A DNA stretch of 64,000 nucleotides from the human T2T-CHM13v2.0 reference genome, Homo sapiens, in NCBI RefSeq assembly GCF_009914755.1, contig NC_060925.1. One strand, written 5' to 3'. Below are positions 45,211-63,011 of the stretch, piece by piece. The notes beneath the pieces are model-generated. The model saw only the letters and a list, made by a program, of their open reading frames with translations, did not search any database and was not told the DNA's origin. The position numbers and the translations under genes are program-made. Positions within the stretch are counted from its first letter, which is position 1; each line of letters opens with the position of its first letter.

Positions 45211-46019
45211 ATACAAAACAGAAAAAAAACCTCTTTCCCTATGATATAAAACCACTTGTAATTTTTTTTTAACCCCTCAGTTACAGATGAAGTCTGCCTG
45301 ATGCAACTAAGGACTTAGTTACCTGGAAAGCCTGATCTCAGTGACTGTGGGGTGGCCACTCCTAGAACTGTACTCAGTGTCCCTCCCCCCAGGTCTGCAA
45401 GCCAGTTTCTTGGAGAAGCTGTGCGTCACCCTGCTGGTCCTCCGGGTGAACTCTTAAGAGAAATAGAAAGGGAAGGCGAGCCTTGAGTTTAGGAATTCTC
45501 CTTAGAAAACACTTGCTAAATGTAAATATTTTTGGAGCTAAACAGACATGACAACGAAATGCGATACCCGCTTATTGAATATATCCTAGATCAGAAAAAA
45601 AAGTTGTAAAAGACAGTTTGTGGGGACAGTTGGGGAAATTTGAATATGGACTGTATAATACAGAATACTGTACCAAGGTTAACCTCTTGGAACCTCTTCC
45701 ACAAGAGAATATTCTTAGGAGATACATGCTAAAGTATTCAGGAGTAACATGACACTATGCTACCTTCTCCCAATCGGTTCCGTAAAATAAACAAGTGTAT
45801 ATAAAGAATGATAGCAAAAAGAAAATGTAAATGTTCTGAGGAAGGGGGAACAGTACTCATTATTTCCCCTGTCGGGTCGAAGGCTGACTGTTTCTAACTG
45901 GAAAGGAAAGTCAGCTGGCAGGGTATGCGGAATGGCCATCTGGTGAGCAGGCTGGGTGGGGAGAGATGCCAGTCGTTGTTAGAAAACCAACCCAGCACAC
46001 AGTCCCATTCCCATCTTAC

Positions 46020-46170
46020 CTTTGATGTGGTGTTCAGCAAAGAAATCCTCCACAGATGGGGCAATTAAGGAAGAAAAATAAATTACACCGTTTTCTGGAA
46101 TGTTACTCTTTTTCTAAGGCATTTCATTTTGCTGCATTGTGAAAACAAGTGAGCATTGTAAGAGCCAAGG
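46020..46170 (-). other. SLC16A4: SLC16A4 non-coding exon 1 (5' UTR; 5' boundary approximate)
   Basis: Strong donor AAG|GTAAGA at 46020/46019 on the - strand, in unique sequence upstream of the start-codon exon. The TSS cannot be read from sequence. Confidence 0.7.
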
Positions 46171-47167
46171 AGGGCTCAGACGATTTAGGCCCTCCTGCTA
46201 GTGGACTTTACTTCCTGAGGGGAGGAGGAAAGACTGTGATTTGATGTCATCTCAGGCCCTCCCTCCACCCACAGTCACTCAGAAGGTAGAATTTTTTGCC
46301 GCAGGCTCAAAAGCAAGCATGAAGTAAACTAAGTGGAAAGTCCTTTTGGCGACTATGCTCAGGGCAGGGGGATGGGGCTCCAGAGCTCTCATACACTTGT
46401 CTTCAAATTTCCTCAGGGAACTTCTCACAACATGCTTATTTTACAGGAGAATATAAAACTCCTGGATGGGTGGTGAGAGAGGCATTTCCTGGGCCACAAA
46501 CAGAAATCTTCAGTAAGCTCAACCCATTCGTGTGGCCTTTTGTATATTGACTAAAGATTCTGGTTACTAATTTGGGGTTTCAGACCCCATTTTAATTGCA
46601 TTTTTGAGATCTGATTACCTCAACCACCTCCTGCAAAAGACGTATGCTCGTAGTAATTTTAATGAGATTTTTTTTATTATATTTTGGAAATGGTTAAGGC
46701 TGAGACCCCTAGAAAATTACTGGGATAATTCAACTTTCTCTTCCCATTTCCTCCCTCTACCCTCCACATAAAACAAAACAAAACAAACAAGTCAAATGGG
46801 AAATTGTCTTTCGTCTCCCACACCAATATTCCAGATTTTAAACCAGAGTATATTTTAGACGAAAGGATGTGTTTTTAGTTTTATCTGGAAAATCTGCACA
46901 TATTTATGCATGTTCCTTTTTAAGAAGCAAGAGGCTTCTCAGATTCTTAAAATCAAACTCTATAATACTTTTTGATTAAAGTGCTTGCAGAAGGACAGCT
47001 TAGTGGTTTGGGAGGGTGCCCTGTAAGTGTAAGCATGGAAGGATTATGCAGTTACATGATGCTGGTGGCAAGGATCAAATAAACATTCAACAGAAGGAGA
47101 AAACCCAAAGAGAGAAGGCAAATAAATGCTTTTCAGAGAGCTGTTTGTAATTATGAATACACTCTAG

Positions 47168-47845
<678 letters not shown>

Positions 47846-47965
47846 GAGCCAGCTATCCATAATTCTAATCACAGGATGAAATGATGCTAGGCTATATATA
47901 TATTTTTCTTACACACACACACAGAGGAATATATATATACACACATATACATATAGGAACATATA

Positions 47966-48053
47966 CAACTGGGAAGTTAGATTTCAGGAGGGTTCCTACC
48001 ATTCCTTAAATGATAATAGTGAATCATTGTGCCTAACCTATGTAAACAATACA
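47966..48053 (+). repeat. 88-bp dispersed copy of 48882-48969
   Basis: 84/88 identical by manual alignment. Confidence 0.93.
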
Positions 48054-48801
48054 TTATATATGTGTGTATATATTCCTATTCATCTTTGTCTTATAATAGG
48101 CTTTATATTGATAGAGAACTCTGATGCTAATGCCTGGGGTCAGATTTGAAATGCGGCAGAACAGCAAGTCATTCATAGAGGCCAAGAGGACAGCAAAGTA
48201 ATCAGAGATGAACTTCAAACATATGTTTCATAGAGGCACATGAACAGAAATGCAGGCTTGGTGATAATCTCAATTTTGTCAGTTTTTAAGCCCGTAGACT
48301 CTGGGCAATTTACTCTCTTTGAGTCTGTTTCTAAAACTCTAAAGCGTAGCTAATATTTTGCAAGGTTGTTGTGAGGATTAACAATATATAATGTAAGATG
48401 ACTGCACATTGGACCTACTATTGGTACTTGGTTCATGAAAAATAATTTTTGTTAGTCAAATGAGGCCTAATAGCAAGAAGAAAGAATTCTTAAGCCACCT
48501 TTGGGATATTAGTTAACATTTTGGCATCTGTACCCAATTGTCTTAATAAAGCTTGTAGGGTCTTTAACGAAACATAAACAATTCCCTCAACTTCTAACCT
48601 TTTAACTCTTGGCCCTAAAGCTATTCAGCAAGAATGCAGCATGATTTGGCAATCACCACTATTACCCCCATCCCAGTGTCAAACATAGCCAGCCCAGGAA
48701 TAATTTTTAACACTTATGGATTTAGACTTTAATAAGCTTTACCAACTAGAATTAAGATACTTTATTTTTAGTTGACTCTCTCCTTGCCCTCATTCAATCC
48801 T

Positions 48802-49908
48802 TGTTCAGAAAAGAGTTAACATCGCTGGCCTGAGATTCCTATTCTTTGAAAGGCCTGTTTACATGGTTGGCCTCTGGCTGGCAACTGGGAACTTAGATTT
48901 CAGGAGGGTTCCTCCCATTCCTTAAATGATAATAGTGAATCATTGTGCTTAAACTATGTAAACAATACAATTTTTATGCTGAACATTTGCTTTTTTCGGG
49001 AGCTTGGAATTTTGATATGTGCTAGGCAGAGAGGGTACTTTGGTGACCAGCCCCCTTGGGCACTGAGTCTCTACTAAGCTTTCTGGACTGGCAACATTTC
49101 ACACATGTTGTTACAACTCATTGCTGGAGGAATTAACTGCATCCTGTGTATCTTCACTGATAGAAGAATTCTTGCAAGCTTCTGCCTGGTTTCTTCTGGA
49201 CTTTGCCCCATCCTCCTTTTGCCTTTGTTGAGTCAGCTTTGTATCCTTTCACTTTAATAAACCATGTAAGTACAACAACTAAATGCTCAGTCCTGTGAGT
49301 CATCCTAGTGAATTATCAAACCTGAGGGGTTGAATGAGTCTGGGTTCTCGAGAAAGAATAGAATATTCTCCAGAGCAAGAACCAGTGATGGGGGAGGAGA
49401 TATTAAGGTTGATTTACTATGAGAATTGACTCACATGATTATGGAGACTGAAAAGCCTGCACTCTGGTCAGCAAGCGGGACACTCAAGAGAGTTGATGGT
49501 GTAGTTCCAGTCTGAGTCCAGAAGCCTGAAAACCAGAAGTGCTGATGGTGTAAGTTTTAGTCTGAGAGGGCCTGAGAACCAGGAGAGCCATTTGTGTAAG
49601 TTCCATTCTGAGTTTGAGTCCAAAGTCAGGAGAAGACTGATGTCCCGACTCCAAGACAGTCAGGCAGTGAGAAATTCTTTCTTAGCCTTTTATTCTATTC
49701 AGGCCTTTAATGGATTGCATGAGTTCCGCTCACATTGGGGAGGGCAGTCTTCTTCAGTCTACTGATTCAAATGCTGATCTCATCCAGAAACACCTTCACG
49801 GTTACACCCCAAAATAATGTCTAGCCAAATACCTGAGCATCCCATAGCCCAGCCAAGCTGACACATAAAATTAACTATTATAGAAGTGTCCTGGGACTCC
49901 CTCATACA
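48802..49908 (+). mobile_element. MER68-like ERVL LTR, interrupted near its 3' end by an MLT2
   Basis: Starts TGTTCAGAAAAGAGTTAACAT..GGCCTGAGA, breaks at about 49330, and the terminal piece resumes at about 49886. Confidence 0.7.
49331..49881 (-). mobile_element. MLT2-family LTR
   Basis: Diagnostic segments GAATTGACTCACATGATTATGGAG, CACATTGGGGAGGGCA, GCTGACACATAAAATTAAC. Confidence 0.78.
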
Positions 49909-50213
49909 AGCATACTTCAGCTTTGGCTCTGTACAGACTAGAAAATGAGCCTTTTCCAGCCTCAAGCTCTTTCCAGCACATCTTATGTTTCATTGATAAA
50001 TTGGATACATTATATCCTACCTCAAAGGGTGCTGTGAAGAATAAATGAGAATGTATGTTCATTTATTTCATTCAATAAAAACAATTGCTTCCTATGTGCC
50101 AGACGCTGTGCCAGAGGGGGATATGTGGTAGACACAGGGTGGCATGAGATGTGGCCCAAGGGGTTAGCAGGGCTTGAATTATGCAGGGGTTGGGAGGTCA
50201 TGGTTAGAACTTA

Positions 50214-50508
<295 letters not shown>

Positions 50509-50538
50509 CATAACTTTTTAATTCTAAATGCAATGGGA

Positions 50539-52330
50539 GGCTGTTCGTGGTGGCTCATACCTATAATCCCAGTGTGCCCGGAATTGGTGGGTTCTTGGTC
50601 TCACTCACTTCAAGAATGAAGCCGCAGACCCTGGCCGTGAGTGTTACAGTTCTTAAAGGTGGCGTGTCTGGAGTTTGTTCCTTCTGATGTTCAGATGTGT
50701 TCAGAGTTTCTTCCTTGTGGTGGGTTCGTGGTCTCGCTGGCTCAGGAGTGAAGCTGCAGACCTTCGCCGTCAGTGTTACAGCTCATAAAGACAATGTAGA
50801 CCCAAAGAGTGAGCAGTAGCCAGATTCATTGCAAAGAGTTAAAGAACAAAGCTTCCACAGTCTGGAAAGAAACCACACGAGTTTGCCACTCACTGCTGGC
50901 TCAGGCAGCCTGCTTTTACTCTCTTATCTGGCCCCACCCACATCCTGCTGATTGGTCCATTTTACAGAGAGCCGATTGGTCTGTTTTACAGAGAGGTGAT
51001 TGGTCCATTTTGACAGGGTGCTGATTGGTGCGTTTACAATCCCTGAGCTAGACACAAAAGTTCTCCACATCCCCACTAGATTAGCTAGATACAGGGTGTA
51101 GATTGGTGTATTTACAAACCCTGAGCTAGACACAGAGTGCTGATTGGTGCATTTACAAACCCTGAGCTAGACACAGAGTGCCCATTGGTGCATTCACAAT
51201 CCCTTAGCTAGACATAAAGATTCTCCAAGTCCCCACCAGATTAGCTAGATACAGAGTGCTGATTGGTGCATCCACAAACCCTGAGCTAGACACAGGGTGC
51301 TGATTGGTGTGTTCACAAACCTTGAGCTAGACACAGAGTGCTGATTGGTGCACTTACAATCCCTTAGCTAGACATAAAGGTTCTCCAAGTCTCCACTAGA
51401 CTCAGGAGGCCAGCTGGCCTCACCCAGTGGATCTCGCACTGGGGCCGCAGGTGGAGCTGCCCGCCAGTCCAGTGTGGTGCGCGCAGTCCTCAGCCCTTGG
51501 GCAGTGGATGGGACCGGGCGCCGTGGAGCAGGGGGCGGTGCTCGTCAGGGAGGTTCAGGCCGTGCAGGAGCCCACAGCCGGCCGTGGGGGTAGACTCAGA
51601 CATGGCGGGCTGCAGGTTCCAAGCCCTGCCCTGCGGGGAGGCAGCTAAGGCCTGGCGAGAAATCGAGCGCAGCGCCGGTGGGCCAGCACTGCTGGGGGAC
51701 CCCGCGCACCCTCCGCAGCTGCTGGCCTGGGTGCTAAGCCCCTCACTGCCCGGGGCCGGCAGGGCTGGCGGGCCAGCCTCTCCGAGTGCGGGGCCCGCCA
51801 AGCCCACACCCACCCGGAACTCTAGCTGGCCCGCAAGCGCCGCGCACAGTTCCGGGTCCCGCCCCTGCCTCTCCCTCCACGCCTCCCCGCAAGCCGAGGG
51901 AGCCGGCTCCAGCCTTGGCCAGCCCAGAGAAGGGCTCCCACGGTGCAGCGGCGGGCTGAAGGGCTCCTCAAGCACTGCCAGAATGGGGGCCGAGGCCAAG
52001 GAGGCACCGAGAGCAAGCGAGGGCTGCATGGGCTGCCAGCACGCTGTCACCTCTCACAGGCACTTTGAGAGGCCAAGGTGAGTGGATCAGTTGAGGCCAG
52101 GAGTTTGAAACCAACCTGGCCAACATGGCGAAACCCTGTCTCTATGCAAAAATTAGCCAGGTGTTGTGGTGCATGCCTGTAATCCCAGCTACTTGGGACG
52201 CTTGAGGCACGAGAAGCACTTCGACCTGGGAGGAAGAGGGTTGCAGAGAGCCGAGATGGTGCCACTACGCCCCAGCCTGGGTGACAGAGTGACACTCTAT
52301 TTCAAATAAATAGATAGATAAATAAATAAT
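50539..52330 (+). mobile_element. Alu split by the LTR12 (pieces 50539-50572 and 52057-52330)
   Basis: Alu sequence stops at ...AATCCCAG and resumes at CACTTTG. Flanking TSD TAAATGCAATG(G/A)GA at 50525-50538 and 52332-52345. Confidence 0.9.
50573..52056 (-). mobile_element. ERV9 solo LTR (LTR12C-like), inserted inside an Alu
   Basis: The - strand begins TGAGAGGTGACAGCGTGCTGGCAGCCC and ends ...CCAATTCCGGGCACA. It has a GC/CpG-rich U3 and tandem GCTAGACACAGAGTGCTGATTGG (CCAAT) repeats at about 50950-51400. Confidence 0.93.
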
Positions 52331-52577
52331 GTAAATGCAATGAGAGGCTCCTTAGGGGAGGTTTAGCATTGTGCCTGGTAAACAGCAAGCACTCAATACA
52401 TGCTTGCTATTAAGGATTACCACCAAGATGCCCTGTCAACATCTAAAATCAAACCCAGTCATCTTTTCGCTGTTATTGAGTTCACTGCTTTTTTCTAAGA
52501 CACCCAGTTCTATCGCCTAGACTAGAAAATTCAATCATCTTTAATTCTTCATTCTCCTTTATTCCCTTTCTGCCAAA

Positions 52578-53426
<849 letters not shown>

Positions 53427-53736
53427 ACTACAAATTAATCTTAAAACTCCACCTTTACTCTCACCTGCTCCAAAATCCAATCTGCTAATAAGATAAAGCC
53501 TAGATTTCTTAAAAAGCAGATATTCAGTTTCCTTGAGTTAGCTGCCCTACCTTTCAGCTTTTTCACTTCCTACCTCACAGACCAAACTAAGGCATTTGCT
53601 ATTACATATTCCTTTTGGTTTATCCACTCTTCCCACTGCCATTTCCTCTTGCTGGAAACCCCATATTCCTTTTACTGCAAGCATCCATTCATTCTATCTT
53701 TGGAGGCTCAGTTCATACTACAAAACTCTTTTGTGG

Positions 53737-55480
<1,744 letters not shown>

Positions 55481-55601
55481 TCAAATGATGACTGGTAATT
55501 TCATAGCCTTAGTTACACAAACCTAAGATAGATAGGGTAAGTAAGAGTACCTACTGTATAGGGTTGTTAAGGATAATTAAATGAGTTCCTGGCATATAGT
55601 A

Positions 55602-56260
<659 letters not shown>

Positions 56261-56420
56261 TGGACATACCTGTGAGAATGTAGGTATTTCAGGAAGCTTC
56301 TTAAACAAAAGTAATTTAGAACAAAGACCTTTTAAAAAAATTACAGTTTGATAACTGAACAAAAGGAACATTTGGTTAAGTTTAAAGAATCTAGAAAAGA
56401 TCCATTTTCCTCCAAACAGA

Positions 56421-56426
56421 TTTATT
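56421..56426 (-). terminator. LAMTOR5: LAMTOR5 polyadenylation signal AATAAA
   Basis: TTTATT on the + strand, about 250 nt after the stop. Confidence 0.8.
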
Positions 56427-56674
56427 GAATACAGCAAAATTCTATATACAAAGTGACCTGGACCTGCTGCTTCAAAACATGATCCTTTCTTACTAATATC
56501 TTGATAGTCGGTCCATAGAGCATTAGAAAGCAATTGACTCTTAAATAAACAGAAAAGTGCCTAATGCACATTAAATGAATGGCCTAACTACTGGAACTTT
56601 AGTAGTTCTATAAGGTAATTAACATAGGTAGGATCCAGTTCCTATGACAGGCTGCTGAAGAACAGATATGAGCA

Positions 56675-56735
56675 TCAAGAGGCCATTTTGTGCACTGCCA
56701 CCGTGATGCCATCGTGTTTCTGGATCATAATGTTC
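56675..56735 (-). CDS. LAMTOR5: LAMTOR5 exon 4 coding part (NIMIQKHDGITVAVHKMAS*)
   Basis: TTTCAG acceptor; 61 nt to TGA; 35+62+118+61 = 276 nt = 91 aa + stop. Confidence 0.96.
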
Positions 56736-57126
56736 CTGAAATGCAGGAAGAAAATATTCAGTAAAACGTAATCAGTGGGACTTCACTGCAAGATTAAAGA
56801 TGTTGTTTGCTTTAGGATACAATATTTAAAATAATGTAATTGTTTCTACGTATAAAAGCAATATTTAAACATAACAAAACATTTGGGAAATACATAAACA
56901 TATAGCATGTGAACACGAAATGAATCCTTAATCCTACTACACACAGACAACCACTGTTAATATTTCCCTGGTTCTTTGTTTCGGTTTTTTAGGCACTGTC
57001 TTGCTATGTTGCCCAAGCTGGCCTCAAACTCCTGGGCTCAAGCAATCCTGCTTCAGCCACCTCAGTAGCTGGAACTACAAAAAAAAGGCTTTACTGGTCT
57101 TTGTTTTCTTTGCATGTATATGATAC

Positions 57127-58352
<1,226 letters not shown>

Positions 58353-58455
58353 TATGTTTTTTCTTTTTACAAGGCTGTGATAGCAGTTGTATATATATAC
58401 TTTTTTTCACATATTATTCTGAGGACCATCACTTGGAATATCTTTAGTAATTTTA

Positions 58456-58780
58456 TTGCTTTAGAAGTAATTTTTGGCTGGGTGCAGTGACTCATTCCTG
58501 TAATCCCAGCACTTTGGGAGGCTGAGGCGGGCAAATTACTGGAGCCCAGGAGTTCGAGACCAGCCTGGGAAACATGGTGAAACCTCATCTCTACAAAAAA
58601 ATACAAAAATTAGCTGGGTGTGGTAGTGTACACCTGTAGTCTCAGCTACAACTCGGGAGGCTGAGTTGGGTGAATCGCTTGAGCCCGGTGGGGTTGAAGT
58701 CACAGTGACCCATGATCACACCACTGTACTCCAGCCTGGTGCCAGAGCAACACCCTGCCTCAAAAAGAAAAAAAAAAAAA
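58456..58780 (+). mobile_element. AluJ
   Basis: Alu consensus; TSD AAGTAATTTTT. Confidence 0.92.
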
Positions 58781-59067
58781 GTAATTTTTATTCTCTGATT
58801 AGTTTTCCTTTGTGCTATTTATTACTTTCTTTTTGTTGGTAAACTGATAGCTTCTGCCAATTCTTATTCTTCATTTAAATAGCATTGTGGCCTGAGAGCA
58901 CATTAGCTTTAGGGATCAACTTGTCTGTTCCTGTGATTCAAAAGATTAAGAACTTTTCCCAAAGTAGTCTGAATAAGGAATCACTGATGAACACAGGGCC
59001 GGCCCCCGCCAATTTTACCAGGAATTTTTCTGAACAAAAAGGAAAGGATCTGCTGAAATCTACTCAC

Positions 59068-59185
59068 CCATTATCTGATTCTAGACACACCACAGGAATA
59101 TCAGTGGGGTCAGAGGTTAGCTTAGCTGCTTGCTGGGCTAGAACAGATATCACTCCAGCATGCTCATCTGACAGGGTCCCGCGGC
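59068..59185 (-). CDS. LAMTOR5: LAMTOR5 exon 3 ([11 protein letters not shown]...CLESDNG)
   Basis: TTTTCCAG acceptor, GG|GTGAGT donor, 118 nt. Confidence 0.96.
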
Positions 59186-59913
59186 CTGGAAAATAGAGAT
59201 GATATATGTCACCTGATTGCTCATAGAGTATTTCTGCTAAAATAAGCTAGCTGGCTGTTTTAAAATGTCTACAGAATTGTCTTTTTATTAATGTCTGTAT
59301 TAGTCTGTATATATTATAGTAACTAAATCTCGGGTACAAAAGTACCTATAAATTCTAGGTACGAAAATTAATTACTAAGTGTACTTTACAATATATTTCT
59401 GTATATAAAGGCAACACAGTTAACTGTACCTGAAACCAAATCAGGTAATAGACATGCCACTATGGCAGAGCATTTGGATGTACTATTACTATACAAAACA
59501 TTTTGACCAGATCCGATGCCGACGTTTGAGCCTTGAAGGTTTCTTGAAGGAACTCATTTAGTTTTAGATTTCCATACCTGAATTTCAGTCTTTCCATTAG
59601 TAAGCCTAGCAAATGCTTCCAAAAATTTACCCTTTTTCTCCCAAATGACTGATCTGCATGTTAAACATAACTGAGTTACACCGATTACCTCTTTCAGTTA
59701 CCCTTCCAGCAAAAATTCAGAGCTTTAAACATTCCTGCATTAGGAGCAGCAAGTCTTGGGTTTACTAGTTGTCACTAATTAACTGAATGCTTTACTTATT
59801 TACCTTTCCAAACTTATTTCCTCATGTGTAATTGCTACCATTTATTAAGTATTATGTCTCAGTTCTATGTAAGCATTTTATACATATTATATAACCTTAA
59901 AATATCGTGATTA

Positions 59914-60775
<862 letters not shown>

Positions 60776-61462
60776 CCTCAATTTCTTTTTCTACCTCACT
60801 GGGTTGTTATGAGGAATAAAAGAGTATATGTAAAGCACTTACAATGGTGCTTGGCACATAACAGCTCAATAAATATAATTCTATGATTATTACCATTATC
60901 AAATAACAACCCAGTGAAGAAAATGAGGGCCTAAAAGGTAGTTTTTTGGTCCACGTTCACACTACTAACAAATGAAAGAGCAAGGGATTGAGACCAGGTA
61001 TGTCCAACACTGAAATCCCATTTTACTGCCTATTCACTTCTTGTTTAGTGTAGTTGAGCTTCAAAATTGTACACCACCCACCTTGCCGGGTTGTTGTGAA
61101 AATTAAAGATAATGTATTTAGAGCCTAGCAGTCTCAGCATATGGCATACATTCAATAAATGGTTAACAGCTGTTATTATCTGAAGTCCTTTCTAGACTCA
61201 ATTTAAAATGATTCAAATATTATTTTTAGTAGAGACAACTATTTATTGTTATAGGACTGCAAGGAACATCTTCCTTCATAAATACCAACTGAAAAGTTTC
61301 AATTTTCTGATACTGTTATTTGGAGATAATCTCTACTCTCAAACTCAGAAAGACCTGGCAAGGTAACAGGAAATAAAAGCTAGAAAATAATAGCACGCTA
61401 GGCTCCAAGTCAACATCAGATGCTATGCAATTCATCAAATAGTTGGTATGAGAGATACTTAC

Positions 61463-61524
61463 AACCCAGATTAAGTCCTTGTGAATCTGTGCACAGGACT
61501 CCAACAATGGAGGGATTCTTCATT
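61463..61524 (-). CDS. LAMTOR5: LAMTOR5 exon 2 ([20 protein letters not shown])
   Basis: TTAG acceptor, T|GTAAGT donor, 62 nt, in frame. Confidence 0.96.
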
Positions 61525-61687
61525 CTAATTCCAGGAACACAAGAGAGTTGAAGTACATAATGGGAGAAAAAGGATTTAAATAAGTACAAACATACAGGTG
61601 TTCTATGTACCAGGCATTAAGTGCTTTAAATCAATATTTCTCAATCTTTTTTCATTGTCACACCCTAAGAAAAAAATTAAGTTCTAG

Positions 61688-61994
<307 letters not shown>

Positions 61995-62730
61995 CTAGTT
62001 AATTAATTGAAATAAACCAGTTTCTCTCTGATGAGAGAAAAAAATGTGCTAAGTACTGCTGAGTTCTGGAGGGCCACAAACACTGCGTGAAAAACATCTA
62101 GGATGTTTTCACTCTTGTTAAAAACGCATGTTTTAGTACTAACTCATTTAAAACAACTGTTGAAAAACTCAAGTTACCTCCTGGAGGGTAAGTGGAAGCT
62201 GAGGGACATCGGTGGGAGGCAGGTGTCTCTCTGTACCCTTTATACTTTTCCAGTTTTGAATTTTACATAGATACTGCTTGTTCGAAAAATTTAAAGAATG
62301 ATTTTTATCTACTTAAGCACCAAGTAACTGATCGGTTACACACAGGAGATACGTGTTTGTTTACACTGCAGGGCTCGACTCTGCACAACTGGCACAATCT
62401 TCCCAAAAGTCAACCCGTTTTCTAAAACTTCCGCAGAACCACCCTGACCGTAAAGACGATTTCAACAACGAGATAGGCAGTTTTGGCCCGTGGCCTGGGC
62501 CCGGGAGACTCGCTCAAGAGGGAATGTGCGGTGCCCGGCAGGATTTTAATTCCGGGTCACCCGCCCCGCCCTGCGGCCTTGGGTAGAGTTTAGCCCCCTC
62601 ATCCCGTGTCCCGGGGGTCGCGCGACGTCCCCGAGACGCCCTGGCCGGTACTCGCAGCTCGCGCCTTTCGTTCCGCTCAAGTTCCTCCGCCGCGACCTCA
62701 GGACAGGCCGAAGAGGCGCGCACTACTCAC

Positions 62731-62765
62731 GTGTCTTCCAAGTGCTGCTCCAAGGTCGCCTCCAT
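62731..62765 (-). CDS. LAMTOR5: LAMTOR5 exon 1, 91-aa form (MEATLEQHLEDT)
   Basis: ATG at 62765 in gggATGG context; donor AC|GTGAGT; the peptide is recognisable HBXIP/LAMTOR5. Confidence 0.95.
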
Positions 62766-63011
62766 CCCACCCACCGACCACTCCGGCTCAGAACCCAGCA
62801 GCACGGCACGTCCTTCTCCACCACAGGCCTCAGTCACTTGACGCGAGCGGGGCGTGGACCGTAACGGCGCCTCCAAAGGGACAAAATTGATCACGGTGCA
62901 ACGTCCGCGTTCTTTACTGGAAAACATCACTGCGCTTCCGTCGCACAGAGCCTGACGAAGGTTTGGGCTCCCCGCGCGGTGACCGTCGAGGTGACCTGCA
63001 CCTGGCTCCAT
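62766..63011 (-). CDS. LAMTOR5: Possible 82-aa in-frame N-terminal extension of LAMTOR5 (MEPGAGHLDG...; 173-aa form)
   Basis: Open in frame from ccgccATGG at 63011 to the ATG at 62765 (ORF 62727-63029). Whether it is translated cannot be shown from sequence. Confidence 0.5.

Noticed and set aside
45337-46283. About 19-bp imperfect inverted match flanking SLC16A4 exon 1 (CCACCC(C)ACAGTCACT)
   Set aside because: Short and gapped, and one arm probably lies outside the transcript; could be chance.
50950-51400. Regular repeats resembling a CRISPR array
   Set aside because: These are the native CCAAT enhancer repeats of LTR12; there are no unique spacers and the DNA is eukaryotic.
51427-52081. 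186-aa and 194-aa overlapping ORFs and CpG-island-like composition
   Set aside because: They lie in the GC-rich U3 of LTR12C, where stop codons are scarce.
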